Source of the DNA: the human T2T-CHM13v2.0 reference genome, Homo sapiens
Length of the DNA stretch: 64,000 bases
Reading direction: 5' to 3' (one strand)
Assembly: GCF_009914755.1 (NCBI RefSeq)
Contig: NC_060934.1
Position numbers and translations under genes: made by a program. This document shows positions 30,659-46,265 of the stretch, in pieces. Position 1 is the first letter of the stretch. The number at the start of each line of letters is the position of its first letter. The notes under the pieces are model-generated. The model searched no databases. It saw nothing but the letters and a program-made list of their open reading frames with translations, and had not been told where the DNA came from.

Positions 30659-30793
30659 CATGTTCAAGGGACATGGCCCAGGTGCAAGGGGAGTGAGACC
30701 ATACATTGCAAGGCCAAGGCCAGAACAGCAAGAGAAAGGGGAGATTTCCTCTCGGGCTTTGTGGGAGAAGAATCAAAGACTAGCACACAAGTC
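30659..30793 (-). pseudogene. Candidate fossil exon 18
   Basis: ctgttgttatttcag| ... ATG|gtaggg; RKSPLS~IKSPTF; 91-bp intron upstream. Confidence 0.4.
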
Positions 30794-30884
30794 CTGAAAT
30801 AACAACAGAGTTCTTCAAATTTAAGAAATAAGCATACATGAAAATTCCAAATGTTATGCTGCTTTGCTTTTGTGGTCCCTAAAC

Positions 30885-31228
30885 CTGCCCATTGCTCATT
30901 TGGTTATAGCAAACAGCAGTAAAATGGTCCTGAAATGTATAAGACTGTATTTTGTTGGAAGTAGGCCATGCCCTGGCCCCAAGTTTGATTCACTGTTCTT
31001 GGAAATACTCCAAGCATGGTGGTGGTATGAGAGTGGGATATTCACCCAAACACCTAGTTGATCAGATCAGCAAATACAGGCAAGGAGGGTGGCAGATGAA
31101 CAGAACTGGATACACGTGTGTAAGACAAGTGACAATGTCCTCAATTATATGCTGGAATGAAAAGCACATGTCCACCTCTTCAAGCACCTGAATTCCAAAT
31201 GCCATCACTTTCCTTTGTTATTTGCATC
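30885..31228 (-). pseudogene. Candidate fossil exon 17
   Basis: gtgtattttctag| ... CAG|gtttag; contains HVLFIPAYN* and, in another frame, GHGLL; assignment ambiguous. Confidence 0.4.
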
Positions 31229-31374
31229 CTAGAAAATACACCTCCAAGGATAATGTGTGCATATATATACATATATTTCCAGGGTGAGAGAAAGCATGAA
31301 GAATAAAGGGAGAATTGACGTACCATTTAACATTTTTGAAATGTTTGAAAACTGCCACTGGGAAAATGGTATAC

Positions 31375-32565
31375 CTCTTGCTTAAAAAATGACACATTTT
31401 ATTTAAAAATATTCCGCATTTTTTATTTCAGGGGAAGGGGAGGTAAGGGCTGTTGTTTTGTAAAACCTCCCAAGGCTGAGCATGGCTGTCATTTCTGGAG
31501 TCTTTCTGCTGAGGCCATTTCTCCTGTGACCATGGGCTAAAGGGCACAGCCGCGTGCCCCCACAGCTGCTTCTGAATTCTGAGCACAGGCCAGAGGAGGG
31601 GAAGGGCCGGATGTTTGCAGAAGCAGAGCCGACCCTTGGGTAAAAATGGGAAAACAAAAAGTGGTCAGGATGGATTCCAGAGTAGTTGGAGTTATAGGGA
31701 AATCTTCACTGCCAATGTTCTCTAGATCCTCAGCACTACGCCCTGGCCAGCCCCGAAGTCGTGGAGCCCCCCTCCTGCCCTGGGCTGGCCACCTCTCTCA
31801 CTGGATGAGTGATGTGCTCTGGCTCAAAGGCTGAGGGGGCAGGTGGAGGATGCCTGCCGCGGAACGTGGGTGCTCCCTCCATCAGAATCTTCTCACTGGG
31901 AGAGGATCTGCGGCCGTCACCTGCAGCCCCGGTCCTGGCAGAGCTTTTGGAGAAAATGGTAATGTTTGCCTGGTCACTGGGACCACAACTCAAGGGTGGA
32001 GGGTACTGGAACGGGATGGGCTGAGGGGTTCCAGGTTCCACTCAGCTGCCCAAGGGCTGGAGGGATCTATGGCCCTATCCCTAAGGGAGGAAAGAAAGCC
32101 TTTGCCCTCCATGAAAGGATTCAAGGGGTCTTAGGGCCTTCTTAGTGGCCCTGAGGTCATGATGCTAGTTTGTGCTGTGCTCTGTAGGCTGCCATTGTAT
32201 TTTGCTATTGTGGGAAAACAGAGGCAGTGCAAGGACTGAGGAAGAAGAATGTAATTCTGTTGGGGGCTTGGAAATCCCCAGCAGGGGCCACCCATGGAAG
32301 AGGACACCCCAAGTGCCTGCCCTGGGCCAGGGGAGAAGAAAACGGAGTGCCCAAGGCCTCAGCTTCTCCACTAAGCACCTGTTCCCTCTGCAAGGGGAGA
32401 GGGCCACCAGCTGAACCAGTGTCACCTTGCTCAGATCCCAGAACTTGGGCTCCAGAAGCAGCAGTCAGAAGCTTCTGGAGCAGCTCATAGACCCCTGGCC
32501 CAGGCCTCCTGCACTCTCTGGTGGTCCTGTAGCAGCCTCCCACTGAAAATGTCCTCTCACTGCTT
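31375..32565 (-). pseudogene. Candidate fossil exon 16 (~1.19 kb, P/G/S-rich)
   Basis: ataattctgcag|; three successive minus ORFs (112, 101, 84 aa); GC-rich unique DNA; donor GAG|gtatac uncertain. Confidence 0.45.
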
Positions 32566-32672
32566 CTGCAGAATTATGCCACAAGGGAGAAGCAGCTGGC
32601 AATACATGTGATTGGATTTTTCTTTTGTTTTGTTATAATGAGAAAGTGAAGGAATACTCATGGGCCAATTTG

Positions 32673-32696
32673 TAGAGAGAGAGAGAGAGAGAGAGA
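32673..32696. repeat. (AG)n microsatellite
   Basis: Directly visible. Confidence 0.9.
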
Positions 32697-32992
32697 ACAT
32701 ATGAAACATGCCATAAGGAAGGTGGTCTCTCATTTCACTGCACATTGTTTGGCAAAGATGATGTCATTTCATTCACATGTCGAAAGTAATTGGTCCCTTA
32801 CCAACCACCTATGAAATTAAGAGCATTTCACATAGATAGCTGGAAGATTCAGGGAGCATGGTTTTCATTTATGATTATTTTCAAAGTGAAATGTTTGCCA
32901 GACTAAACAACAAAGTTCTTTGCTTGTTTCAAGAGTCCTTTGAGTGTGAATCATGCCTTGATCGACTATGTTTTTTCATTTGTAGTCTTTAC

Positions 32993-33184
32993 TGAGTCTC
33001 CGAACGATGGTGCACCTAATTAGTCATCACCAGCACATTATCACTGGAGATAGACAACCCAAATCCAAAGACTTCATGCAGAGTTTTCTGATGGAGTTCC
33101 TCAGACACTCTATTTTTCCAGTTCAGCTCACAGTCTTGGGCATCAGATGCTTTTTCCCACCCTCTAACTTTGTCCCCATCTTTT
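32993..33184 (-). pseudogene. Candidate fossil exon 15 (192 bp)
   Basis: tgtgtttttgttag| ... TCA|gtaaag; 55 open codons; phase-2 end fits next segment; no clear GREB1 match. Confidence 0.5.
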
Positions 33185-33647
33185 CTAACAAAAACACAAT
33201 TACTTTTTGCTCTCAATTCAAGATTCCGGGACTAGTAAGATGATACCAGGGTTGGGTATCCACTGAACAGGAATAGCCAGAAAGATCCAGGAACTGAAAT
33301 TGGGTTAGCAGATTAGAGCTTCGGTGACCCTGAGAAGTTGAGCCCCCAAACCATGGCTGTACCCTAGGAGAGGCAGAGCCAAGGGGTTTGGCATCAGCCA
33401 GATATTGCAAACCCGAGAAGGCAATACCCACAATCCAGGAGCTCAGAAATCAGAGATGCAGCTAGGTAACAAACACAGGTTGTGGGAGCCAGGAATAAGC
33501 CAGGGAGAGGATGGGGAAAGGCCCCATGGCTGTCACATGCCTCCCGCCAGGGCCAACTGGAATCCTACCTGTGGAGGCTGGGCCCACTGGGGACCCCAAG
33601 CAGCACCCACAGCCTGGAGTGTCAAAGTGGGTGGAAGCAGCAGGCAC

Positions 33648-33932
33648 CTGACAGCAATTGCAAGGGAGCAACTATTCCATGTTTTTTGACGCATGCAGCA
33701 GTTCCGAGGTGATGCGCGTAAGCATTCTCAGCCTCATTGGGTTCTTCTGTACATCAACTGTAGTGATGCCTGCATTTCACAAAATGTGAAACTCAACGGT
33801 GGCTGTGTACAAACATGAAGAAGAAGGGATGCAATATTCAGCTCATGTAGACGAAGTATCGTTTCATGTGGTGACAGGGTAGCTGGCAGTGGTAAAGAGT
33901 GGTGAACTTTCGGGGAGGCATGACAAAAAATT
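33648..33932 (-). pseudogene. Fossil exon 14 (285 bp, phase 1 to 1)
   Basis: Long pyrimidine tract then caag| ... CAG|gtgcct; FFVMPPRK~HFIIPKSK; three TGA stops. Confidence 0.6.
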
Positions 33933-34046
33933 CTTGTACATAGAGCAGAAAGTCAGAAAGCAAAATGCAAAGGTCCCAGGAGCTATCTTAGAGCAATGCT
34001 TCCCAGCCTTTTGCTAACCCATGGCATTCAGAGAAATTATCATTTT

Positions 34047-34527
34047 TCTTTTTTTCTTTGACATTTATTTTAAATTCCAGGGTACAGTGCAGGATGTGCA
34101 GGTTTGTTACATAGGTAACTGTGTGCCAAGGTGGTTTGCTGCACAGATCATCCCATCACCTAGGTATTAAGCCCAGCACCCATTAGCTGTTCTTCCTGAT
34201 GCTCTCCGTCCTCTCGTCCCCACTCACAGGCCCCAGTGTGTGTCCCCACCATGTGTCAGTGTGTTCACATCGTTCAGCTCCTCCTTATAAGTGAGAACAT
34301 GCCATGTTTGGTTTTCTGTTCCTGGGTTAGTTTGCTGAGGACAAAATGTGGCATGAGGATAACATGTAACAGGAGCATAACATGAGGCTTCTTGCTTCAT
34401 CCATGTCTCTGCAAAGGACATGATCTTATTCCTTTTTACGGCTGCATAGTATTCCATGATGTATGTGTACCACATTTTCTTTATCCAGTCTATCATTGAT
34501 AAACTTGGCATTTGGGTTGATTCCATG
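34047..34527 (-). mobile_element. L1PA (PA8-11-like) 3' end
   Basis: caggatgtgcaggtttgttacataggtaa; TSD gagaaat(t/g)atcattttt. Confidence 0.9.
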
Positions 34528-35091
34528 GAGAAATGATCATTTTTCTAAGGCCCTCTTGGATAAAGATTTGCTTGCAGCCAAAGGCAAGAGGTTCTGGGTT
34601 TCAGCCCTTGGGCACTTGCCTGGATGCCCTAAGGGTTAAGTTGGGGGCTAAGGGTAGTCACTCTCTCCTCACACTTGGAATTCATTCAAGGCTCTAAGTT
34701 GAGGAGCTCAATTTTAGAAGACTGGGAAGGAATAAACAGAAATGAAGCATGTCACAGCGGACTTTGGATCAATCTGCAAAAACCCATACCTGCTGTTGGC
34801 CAAACTACGCTTACACTAGGTGTAAGTTCCTGCTCTCAAGGAGCTCCCAGAAGAGGGAAAGAATGGAGACAGAAAAGCACTTGTTATGATGAACTAACCA
34901 TGACCCACGGGGTGCGATGAGAAGGCGAGTTTATTCTTACCTCCACCTCCTTTCAGAGTTATTTGCTAAGGCCCACCCTTTTGCAGTCCTGGGGGAAAGC
35001 TCAGGGGCCCATAGCTTTCCTGGTCACCTTTAGACATTAAAAGTGTCCCAGTTGCTTAAATCTCAAAACATCAGCTCTTTCCAGTAATTAA

Positions 35092-35340
<249 letters not shown>

Positions 35341-36477
35341 TAAGCAAAGGCCCGGAGGCCAGGGTCGCAGCAGCCCTTCTCTTGTGCGGTGCCTTCACAG
35401 GTTCTTCTGAGACCCTCCAACTCTCCATTCCCTACTGGGCCACGATCCTGGGGCTGTCTCCCCTGGAGCCCCTTGGGGCCCTGAATGCATCTCTTCTGGC
35501 TGCTTGCTTATGGCTCTTCCTCAGCCCCGGGGAATCTGAAGTCACTTCCTACCGGGGCTGCCTCACTTTCTATTTGGCCCCTCTTACTCCCTCCTTCCCC
35601 CGAATGGCCCTCACCATTCATGGGAAGCATGACGAGTCCTTTGTACCCAATTCTGAGTGCAAGCTGACCCCAACACCACAGAGCAACCAACAAGCCAGGC
35701 TCCCCACTTCTCAGCCAGACACCAGCCCACTGTGTCCCCCGAGCGTCAGGAGGCACCCCTACACCTTGGCTTGAGGTAGGGCAAGTGACCTCATTCTTTC
35801 TTCCAGGTGAGGCCCACAGCAGGGCTTTCCTCCAAAAATTCCCTACTGTAAATTTCAATTCTTGGCTTCCCTCTCATCTTTTATAGTCTGGAGGTGGGTG
35901 GTTGGCTGAGACTACAAAACTGGTTTCCATAAGCACTTTTTGCAAGTCTTGCATCTCACTTTGGAATGTTCTAGCTATTTCTTTCGGGCCTCACTTGAAA
36001 CTGAGACTAAAATAATTCCAATTTAACACCTAGTACAGATAGAGCATCCCCCCTTTTTGTTTCAGGACATAGCACATATAGAAAATGATGATATTTGTGT
36101 GGTGCTCTTGGGTAAATGGATGTGCTGTTCATGGTGAGAGCTAACTGGCCAGGAGCTCCACCTGCTCCAGTTGCCCAACGTGGGCAACTCAAGGCCTAGG
36201 GGTGCAAGCACAACCTATTTGCAACATGCCAAGTGCAGGGTCTTCACAGGTTCTTTCGAGACCTTCCTATTCCCCCTCCCCACTGGGCTATAATCTGGAC
36301 CCACGGCTGTGTTGCTTGTTGTTGGTTGGGAAGCTGTGTGGCTAGGCTGTGGACGAGGCTGGAAGTGATGCAGAAGAATAAACGATTCATTCGAGCTGTA
36401 GCATCAGGCTGCCTGGAGGTGGTGATGCCTGAGCTGGGTCTGGGTTTTGAAGTATGAATAGGAGTTCTCTAAGCAGC

Positions 36478-37090
<613 letters not shown>

Positions 37091-37379
37091 GCAGCCACCC
37101 AGAGCAAGGACATTCTAGGGAACACAGTGTTTGGTGCAGGGTGAGCACTCAAGCATGTGATTGGAAGGAGGGAAGTGGCTGGATGGGAGGCTGGAGGCTC
37201 CATCCTGGGCAGCCCTTTCTTTCAAGACCTCCTCACAGCTGTGCCCTGCAGCAATTTCACCTAAGCCTCATTCACAATTCTTTCTTCTTCTTCTCACATC
37301 TAATTAATTACCAGGTTCTTGTTTTCGTCTTTTAACTATTTTCCCATCATCCCATTCCTTCCAGTCCCACACTCACTGC

Positions 37380-37848
37380 CATGGTCTTCATTGTCTTACT
37401 ACTGTGAAGGCAAACGTCACACACATGATCCACCTTGCCCCTGTTCCCCTCCGCTAATCCAATTTCTATGCTGCAGCAGCAGTGATGTTAAAATATCAGG
37501 CCAGGATTAACCACCCCCTCCAATCATTTTACTTCTCACTCAGTGAACTCTTCTTCCTTCCCGTAGCCTGCCCAGGCCCATGCACTTTCCCCAATGACTT
37601 CATCGGATCTCCACTCCAATAGCACTCTATCAGAGACCCTCCTATAAATGACAGCACCCTAACTCCAAGACCCCATTTCCTTACCTGGCAGCATTGATTG
37701 TCACTTGACATGTTGCATGTTTATTTCATTGTTTGCCCCAGCAGAATGTGAGCTCCTGCTGGAGGGAGCAGGGATTTGATCTTGTCACTTGATGCCTCTC
37801 CATGCCTAGTTGGTAGGAGGACCTCAGTGATAGTTGTTAAATAAATGG
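37380..37848 (+). mobile_element. L2 fragments including 3' end
   Basis: agaatgtgagctcc..gcagggatttg..ttgttaaataaatg. Confidence 0.6.
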
Positions 37849-37851
37849 GTG

Positions 37852-38173
<322 letters not shown>

Positions 38174-38208
38174 TTATACTTAGTTTCTTCGTGACATATA
38201 AAGCCATC

Positions 38209-38232
38209 CTTTTTTTTTTTTTTGAGATGGAG
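38209..38232 (-). mobile_element. Extremely 5'-truncated Alu (24 bp)
   Basis: Poly-T plus gagatggag between TSDs taaagccatc. Confidence 0.75.
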
Positions 38233-38924
38233 TAAAGCCATCATTTTTAACAGCAACCATTCATTGAAGATTCACTCTATGAGCAGTGCAGTGCTAGCTA
38301 TTTTACGTGTATTATCTCAGTCTCCACAATAACCTATGAAATAGGTACTGTTTCTAGCACCCTTTTTCATGTAATGTGGGTCCTTATAGTAAATGAAAAT
38401 ATGTAATAATACATTAAAACATCAGTAATGTACACTTTACATTGCACACACTCTGGCAACTTGTTTATTTTTTCAGAACTTTTGCCGTGTACACATACAC
38501 ATACATATAGTTGACCTGGAGTTTGTGTATGTTTTTATTTGCTTCTTTCTTGTTTTTGCTATTTTACAAAAATGAGGTCTCATGATATATATTGTTCCAC
38601 AAGGTGATGTGTCTCAGAGATTTTTTTTTTTTCATGAAATTTACTAAGATGGACCTCACTGTTTTTCTTGACTTGCATATGCGGGATACATCATGGTGCA
38701 TTTAATCTCTTCCTACTGATTGACATTCACATTGGTTTTTTGGTTTTGTTTTGGCTGTACTGTGTTACAAACAATTTTGCAATCAATCTATCTTTCTATA
38801 TTGTTGATTGGGGCCCAGGTATGTAAGGACGTCAGGAGGGAGATTCCTAAATGTGAAATTGCTAGGTCAGCAAACATGCATGTTCTGTTTATTTATTATA
38901 ATCTGATACTAGGGTTGTGGTCTC

Positions 38925-39345
38925 TGTAGCAGACATGCCTTGCAGCCAACCCACATCCTTTCCCAGCTCCTGTCTCCTGCGTCTGTCCCAGCTCTTTGCC
39001 TGAGGCTTTCTCTGGCCGCAGAGTTTGTTCTGTCTGTGTCTGAGCCATGGAGTTAAGGCCCCCCGAGCAGCCTTCAATCAATGACCCACAGGAATTGATG
39101 GCTAAATACCTCCTTGGCTGGGTGGGTTAATGGGTTAACTCAGGTGCATGTTTTATGCTGGATCACAGTTTCCAGTTGCCCACAGTGGTAACTTGATTGA
39201 CAGCACGCTCTTCATTCACTCCCTCCCCTGCCCAATCTCCCTTCCTTAATACCCCACTGATATTTCTTAGGATGACCACCCAAACAAACGCTTGCACTCA
39301 AATCCTTGTTTCAAGGTCTGTTTCTGGGGAACCAAAACTAAGAAA
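38925..39345 (+). mobile_element. LTR16C-like LTR (ERVL)
   Basis: tgtagcagac start; cttgcactcaaatccttgtttcaaggtctgtttctgggga end. Confidence 0.7.
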
Positions 39346-39606
39346 CTCTTATTTATTTATGAAAAAAAGTAAATTTTGTTCTTTAAATAAAATTGATGCA
39401 TATACTTCGTTTTTTTAAGTTTATACTTAAAAAAGTCTTTCTTTTTATAAAGAAAGAAAATTAAAAGTAAAGATCATCTTCTAACCCAAAGGTAATAACA
39501 GTTAATAGTGTCCTTCATTTCTTCCCAGAAAGAGACATGATTATACAAATATATATACACACATCCTTTTACATTTACATAAATGGAACAATGCTAAACA
39601 CGATGC

Positions 39607-40760
<1,154 letters not shown>

Positions 40761-40846
40761 TTTATTGGTGTTTGTTGTGTTTGAAGAAACTACAAAGAAA
40801 TGAGAGTGAAGAAAAGAAGACAAGCCTGGCTTAAAAGTGCTGAACA

Positions 40847-41107
40847 CCAGTCGGTGGCTTATGCCTGTAATCCCAGTGTTTTGGGAGGCCAAGGCAGGAG
40901 GATCATTTGAGGCCAGGAATCCAAGACCAGCCTGGACAATAAACCAAGACCTCATTTCTTCAAAAAATTACAAAATTAGCTGGGTGTGGCTGAGGTGAGA
41001 GGATCCCTTAAGCCCAGGAGATTGAGGCTGCAGTGAGCTGTGATTGCGCCACTGCACTACAGCCTGGGCAACACAGAGAGACCGTGTCTCTTAAAAGAAA
41101 AAAAAAA
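40847..41107 (+). mobile_element. AluJ with internal deletion
   Basis: TSD gtgctgaa. Confidence 0.9.
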
Positions 41108-41217
41108 TGTGCTGAATGCTTGGGTAGTGATATTGGGGAGTTTCCATTGATCAGGACCTACTAAGGGGTTTTCTTTCATGGGGAAGGTGGTCCAGGGTCA
41201 TTTTCCAGGGCTATTAT

Positions 41218-41591
41218 CAGTGTGTGCCAGAGCTAGCATGTACTGGCTCATGAGTGCCAATTTATTATGTGTTATATGTTATACAACCTTCTTATAAGTT
41301 AAATCTTATTACATTATAATTAAATAAATAATATTTCCAAAAAGGTAAAAACATTTAAAATCTACCACTTCCAGATGATTTTACTATGTTGTCTTCTTAT
41401 ATATGCCTCTGAGGTTATTTACTGCCATCGTATCTGTGCAGTGGAAATAGTACATAATGTTGATATAACATTAGTTGCTTGAATTGGCCACGGTGGGAGT
41501 ATTTACACCTCGGATCTTGGCAAATGCTACCAGTCAGGGTCCTTTTTTTTCTCTGGAGATTAGCTGATAAGCATTTACCAGCACACCTCTG
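41218..41591 (+). mobile_element. MER63B-like (hAT-Blackjack)
   Basis: cagtgtgtgc..; ggtgggagtatttacacc; catttaccagcacacctctg. Confidence 0.75.
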
Positions 41592-42037
41592 ACTTTGCCT
41601 GTCTCCAGATATGCTTATTCAGGGAAGAGGCAGGTGTGCTGGAGAGGAAACCCCAGCATCCGTTAGAGTCAGACTTGAGAACTGTTAGGTTCTGCCCAGT
41701 CCTACCACTCTACGGTTCCAGGATACTCGTGATTATTCTGCATGTCTACATTGCCAAGGGGAATATAGCTCAGAAAAAACTGCTTTAGGGGATTGCTCCA
41801 GTCTCCACATTCTTAACCTGGATCTCATTTTGGTGTAATTCAGCCCTCCGATGAGTCGTGCACAGGATTTTCCCTGCAATGTCTCAGATTTAGATTCCAA
41901 CATGGCAACTCAGACCTATAGATAGAATTATTTATCATCATTCATCTATTTTCCATTTAATATTAAGTGTTCTTAAAACATTTGACTCTCTCTAAATGCT
42001 GTCCAAGTAGCTGCAATGTATTGACATTTTTACTTAC

Positions 42038-42199
42038 TCTCTTCCACATGGCAGCTTACATTTTGTAGAGAGCAAAAGAAGGTTGAGAAAAACAGGGTTT
42101 GGGATCTCACACCCGCTCTTGAAATAAGGGAAGCATTATTTATCCCAGTTATAAAGAAGAGCCTTTGTTTTATCTTCGTAAGTCAGTTTTTTTAAAGAG
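42038..42199 (-). pseudogene. Fossil exon 13 (162 bp, phase 1 to 1)
   Basis: catgtttttag| ... AGA|gtaagt; SQTLFFSTFFCSL..EE~ESTLHAFAFSYSMLGEE; phase fits both neighbours. Confidence 0.65.
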
Positions 42200-42798
42200 C
42201 TAAAAACATGTAAAATACATAAAAATCACAGGAAAAAATGTATGGTTCAAGTAGCTGTTATATAATTTTATGAGAACCTTCTGACTGAGAATATGAGAAA
42301 GTTACTTTTTCTGCTTCAGTATTTTATTTTAAAGATAGAGAGACCTTGTAAGTGTTAGCACAAATTTAGAAATTCCTGCTAAATCAATTATAATAATAAT
42401 TTTATGCCTTGCTCATCCTGAAACAGACCCATGTATCATATTAATAATGTTTTGAGGGACACATTTCATCAAGAGCTTTAATTATTTTTTACAACTATAC
42501 CTTGGAAGTCATTTTTGCCCACATTTCACAGATGGTTAAATTGGCCTAGTCACTGGCTCTGAAACATTCCAACCTAATTTCCAGCTTCTCTCCATCTTCT
42601 TACCTTAAATGCCATTCCTCCTCTTTTCCATGGAATCATCTCCTGTCTTCAAGATTCTACAGTTTTTCCATAATTATTCCCAAGTTGAGTGATGCATTGC
42701 TTTTCTGGACTTATAACTAATTTTCCATATCACCCATTTGGCACCTGATTATAATTTCTCTTGTAACTTACACTGTTAGGCAATTTCTACTGTCTTTA

Positions 42799-43242
42799 CA
42801 GTTGACCCTTGAACAACATGGGTTTGAACTGCATGGATCCTATTATATGTAGATTTTCTTACATCTCTGGCACCCCTGAGACAGAAAGACCAACCCTTCC
42901 TCTTTCTCCTCCTTCTCAGCCTGCTCAACGTGAAGACCAAGAAGATATAGACCTTCATGATAATCCACTTCCACTTCATGAATAGTAAACATATTATCTT
43001 CTCCTTATGATTTTCTTAATAACAATTTATTTTCTCTGGCTTCTATTATTGTAAGAATATAGTCTAGAATACATATAACCTATAAAATATGTGTTAACTG
43101 ACTGTTTATGTTATCAGTAAGCCTTCCGGTCAACAGTAGGCTATTAGTGATTAAGTTTTTGAAGAGTCAAAAGTTATACATGGATTTTTTATTGCAGCGG
43201 GACTCAGTGCCCCTAACCCCAGTGTTATTCAAGGGTCAACTG
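42799..43242 (+). mobile_element. Tigger2a (MER28), complete
   Basis: TIRs cagttgacccttgaa / ttcaagggtcaactg with TA TSD. Confidence 0.9.
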
Positions 43243-44124
43243 TAGTTTTACCTCAACATTCAGACAAGAGGTTCTGATTCTGAGATGTGTAGACTCCCTT
43301 GGGACTTTAGGGAAATTGGTTATATCATAAAATTATATGTAAAATTTTGTGTATGCACCAATGTGCCTTTTTAGGGGCAAAATTCATTATTGTTATCAGA
43401 TTCTCAAAGGGATTTTTGACCCAAGAGTCTAGTCTCCTGGAGGAATGTAATTATATGATATGCTTCATTATATTCTTCACAATATCTTCAATAACTCAGC
43501 TGAGTAATTAAATGGGCACAGGACAGATCTAATGTTTTCACTTATTTGCCATCAATTAACATCTTATTTTCCAAACCATGGAAGAGGGACAAAAACTTTT
43601 CTATTTCCATCTCACAGATGTAATGAACATATATGAAGATAATAGATGTGTCAAAGTTTTGAAAAGTTAAAAACAATACCTTATGGATATGATAGCCCAT
43701 GTTGAGAGATGCGATAAGGAAATTCTGCACTTCCAGAATTCCCCATCATTTTTATTACCTTTCCTGAATCTTATTCTAGAGCAGCAGAACTTGGAAAACG
43801 TCTTCTCCCTTGACTGACTTCAGCAGCATTGATCTCCAATACCACCTCTCACCCAATAGTTTGTTAATAAAAATGTCTTTATCCCCTGTTCATTACTCTC
43901 CATTCTTTGGCAACTTTAAGTCCTCATTAATTACCATTGTCCCCAGTACTCTTCCTACTATAATTCTTGGTGGCTGCAATATTCTTGCAGATGCTGCTTC
44001 TAATATCCTGGCTCCTTATTCCTGGACCTTCACTTTTCCAGTGATCTTGTCCTCCACTCCACTTTAGCCACCACCTCCCATGGTCAAACCTAGACCTTGT
44101 CTTTACCAATAACTACAATCCTTC

Positions 44125-44640
44125 TGTTGTAGGCAGAATAACGGACCCCCCCTCCAACCCTCACCAAAGATGTCTACTTTCTAATCCCTAGAATCTGTGA
44201 AAATGTTACATTACATGGCAAAGGGAAATTGAGGTTGCAGATGGAATTAAGGTTGCTAATCAGCTGACCTTAAGTAAGGAGACTATGCTGTATTATTCAG
44301 GTGGCCCCAGTGTAATCACAAAGGTCCTTAAATATGGAAGGCAGAAATGGAGGTCAGAAGGCTGTTCTGGATAACTCTACCCGCTATCACTGGATTTGCA
44401 GATGGAGGAAGACGGCCATGAGCCAAAGAATGTGGTTGGCTTCTATGTCCTGGAAAGGACCAGGAAATGGATTCTTCCTAGAATATCCAGAAAGGAACAA
44501 AGCCATGTCAACATCTTTATTACAGCCCAGTGAAATCCATTTCAGAATTCTGATCTCTAGAACTACAAATCACACATTTGTGTTGTTTTAAGCCAATAAA
44601 TTATGATAATCCATTACAGCAGCAGGAGGAAACACATACA
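44125..44640 (+). mobile_element. MLT1D solo LTR
   Basis: TG..CA ends, TSD ccttc, gcagatggaattaaggttgctaatcagctgacctt. Confidence 0.9.
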
Positions 44641-46265
44641 CCTTCCTTTCATTAGCAGATGAGGCCAAGGTTGCCTTCATGCAACCCACTCTATTTTTGC
44701 AATTTACTTCCTCTAGTACCCAACTCTGATAACATTTTGATCCCACTAACTCCTGCAATCCATTGATCCTATAACCTTTTTACTGCCTCTCATTCGACTC
44801 CCCTCTGTTTTTCCTACTTGAGCAGCTCAGATTCGATGACCAAGTGCTGGAATCACTCACCTGCAGCTCTCAACTGCAGAGTAATTCAATTAAATCCAAC
44901 CCTCTTCCTATCTTGTACTTGAATCTGCTAGTTGAACATGGTTGGAAAACAACACACAGCCAATCTGATTGGTCTCACTTTCAGTCCCTGACTCTAATAT
45001 CACGTGGGATCTTAGTGTGCCAGGAAGTTCTTGCTGGGATTTCATGATCCTTCCCTCTCTAACTTTCCTAGGAGACTATTTCACAAATTGTCTTCTCTCT
45101 GGAAATAACCAAATTCTTTTTCTCTGTCTTCACTCTCTGCTGATTTTGTGTGTATGTAACCTTATTTCTTATTCCATTGAGAAAACAGATGATCAGAAGA
45201 AGACTTCCTTAAATCCCCACGACCCTACACACCCGCTCACCCACCTACACGTCTTCCCTCCCATAGCTGTGAACCACTGGTGAGGGCATCTATGGAAGTT
45301 CCGCCCCCCCGTTGCAGGGAAGACTCACCAGTCACATCTCCTGCTTCTGTCTCCTTTGGTCCCATGAAAACACTTTTCTCACTCTCCACTGGATCACTCT
45401 CATTGGCATACAGACATCCTGCTATTTCTCCTGTCTTAGAAGAACCATCTCTGGGCCCCACATCCCCCTCTGTCCCTGCCCTACTCCTCTGCCCCCTGAG
45501 AGATGTCTGCACCCCTCTCCTCCTCCCATTTTCTCTTGAACTCACTCCAGTAGGGTTTTTGTCCTCTCCTCTCCCCTGAAACTGCTGTTGTCCAAGTCAC
45601 CAAGGGTCCCCCAAGGCTAAATCCAGTCATCAGTTTCCAGCCCTCATCTTACCTGACCTATTGGTAGCACCAGATACCATCTTTGGTCTGGATTTTTGCA
45701 AAATGTCTCTAACTGGGTTCCCATCTCCTGCCTTTGGGAACGTGCAGTCTATTTTCTACTGGGCAGTGGAAGATTTCTGTTTCATTTTGGTTTTAGTGAG
45801 TCAGATTAAGTTGCTCCTCAGCTAATCACACTCTAATCACCTCTCAGCTCACTCAGGTAAAAGCCAGACTTCTCTCAGGGGCCTTCAAGTGCTGTAAAAA
45901 ATGGCCTGAGGCCCCTGCCCTCATCTGCAGACACGCCCTGGGCTCACTCTGCTCTAGCCTCGGACCTCCTGGCGGCTTCTCAAACTCACCAAGCACCTTT
46001 CTCCCTCAGAGCCTCTGTCCACTGACTGTGCCCTCTGCCTAGAACAGTCTTCCCCAGAGGCTGGTGTGGCTTGTTCCCTTCTCCTTCCAGATTTCTGATC
46101 AAGGTGGTGTTCCTGACACCCTCCAACACAAAGAAAAAGCACCTCCTGCTCTGCCCCACCCCTGCTTCTTCGCTTTACCTTATATTTTTTCCATGGCATG
46201 TATCATTATCTGAGTTTTATATATGTAATATTATTCAGTTACATATAATACATTATATACTAGTA

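Noticed and set aside
31398-31427. Two minus-strand AATAAA signals suggesting the 32565 exon is terminal
   Set aside because: Further same-strand exons at 22-31 kb match the GREB1 C-terminus, so this is not the ancestral gene end. It could still serve a present-day truncated RNA.
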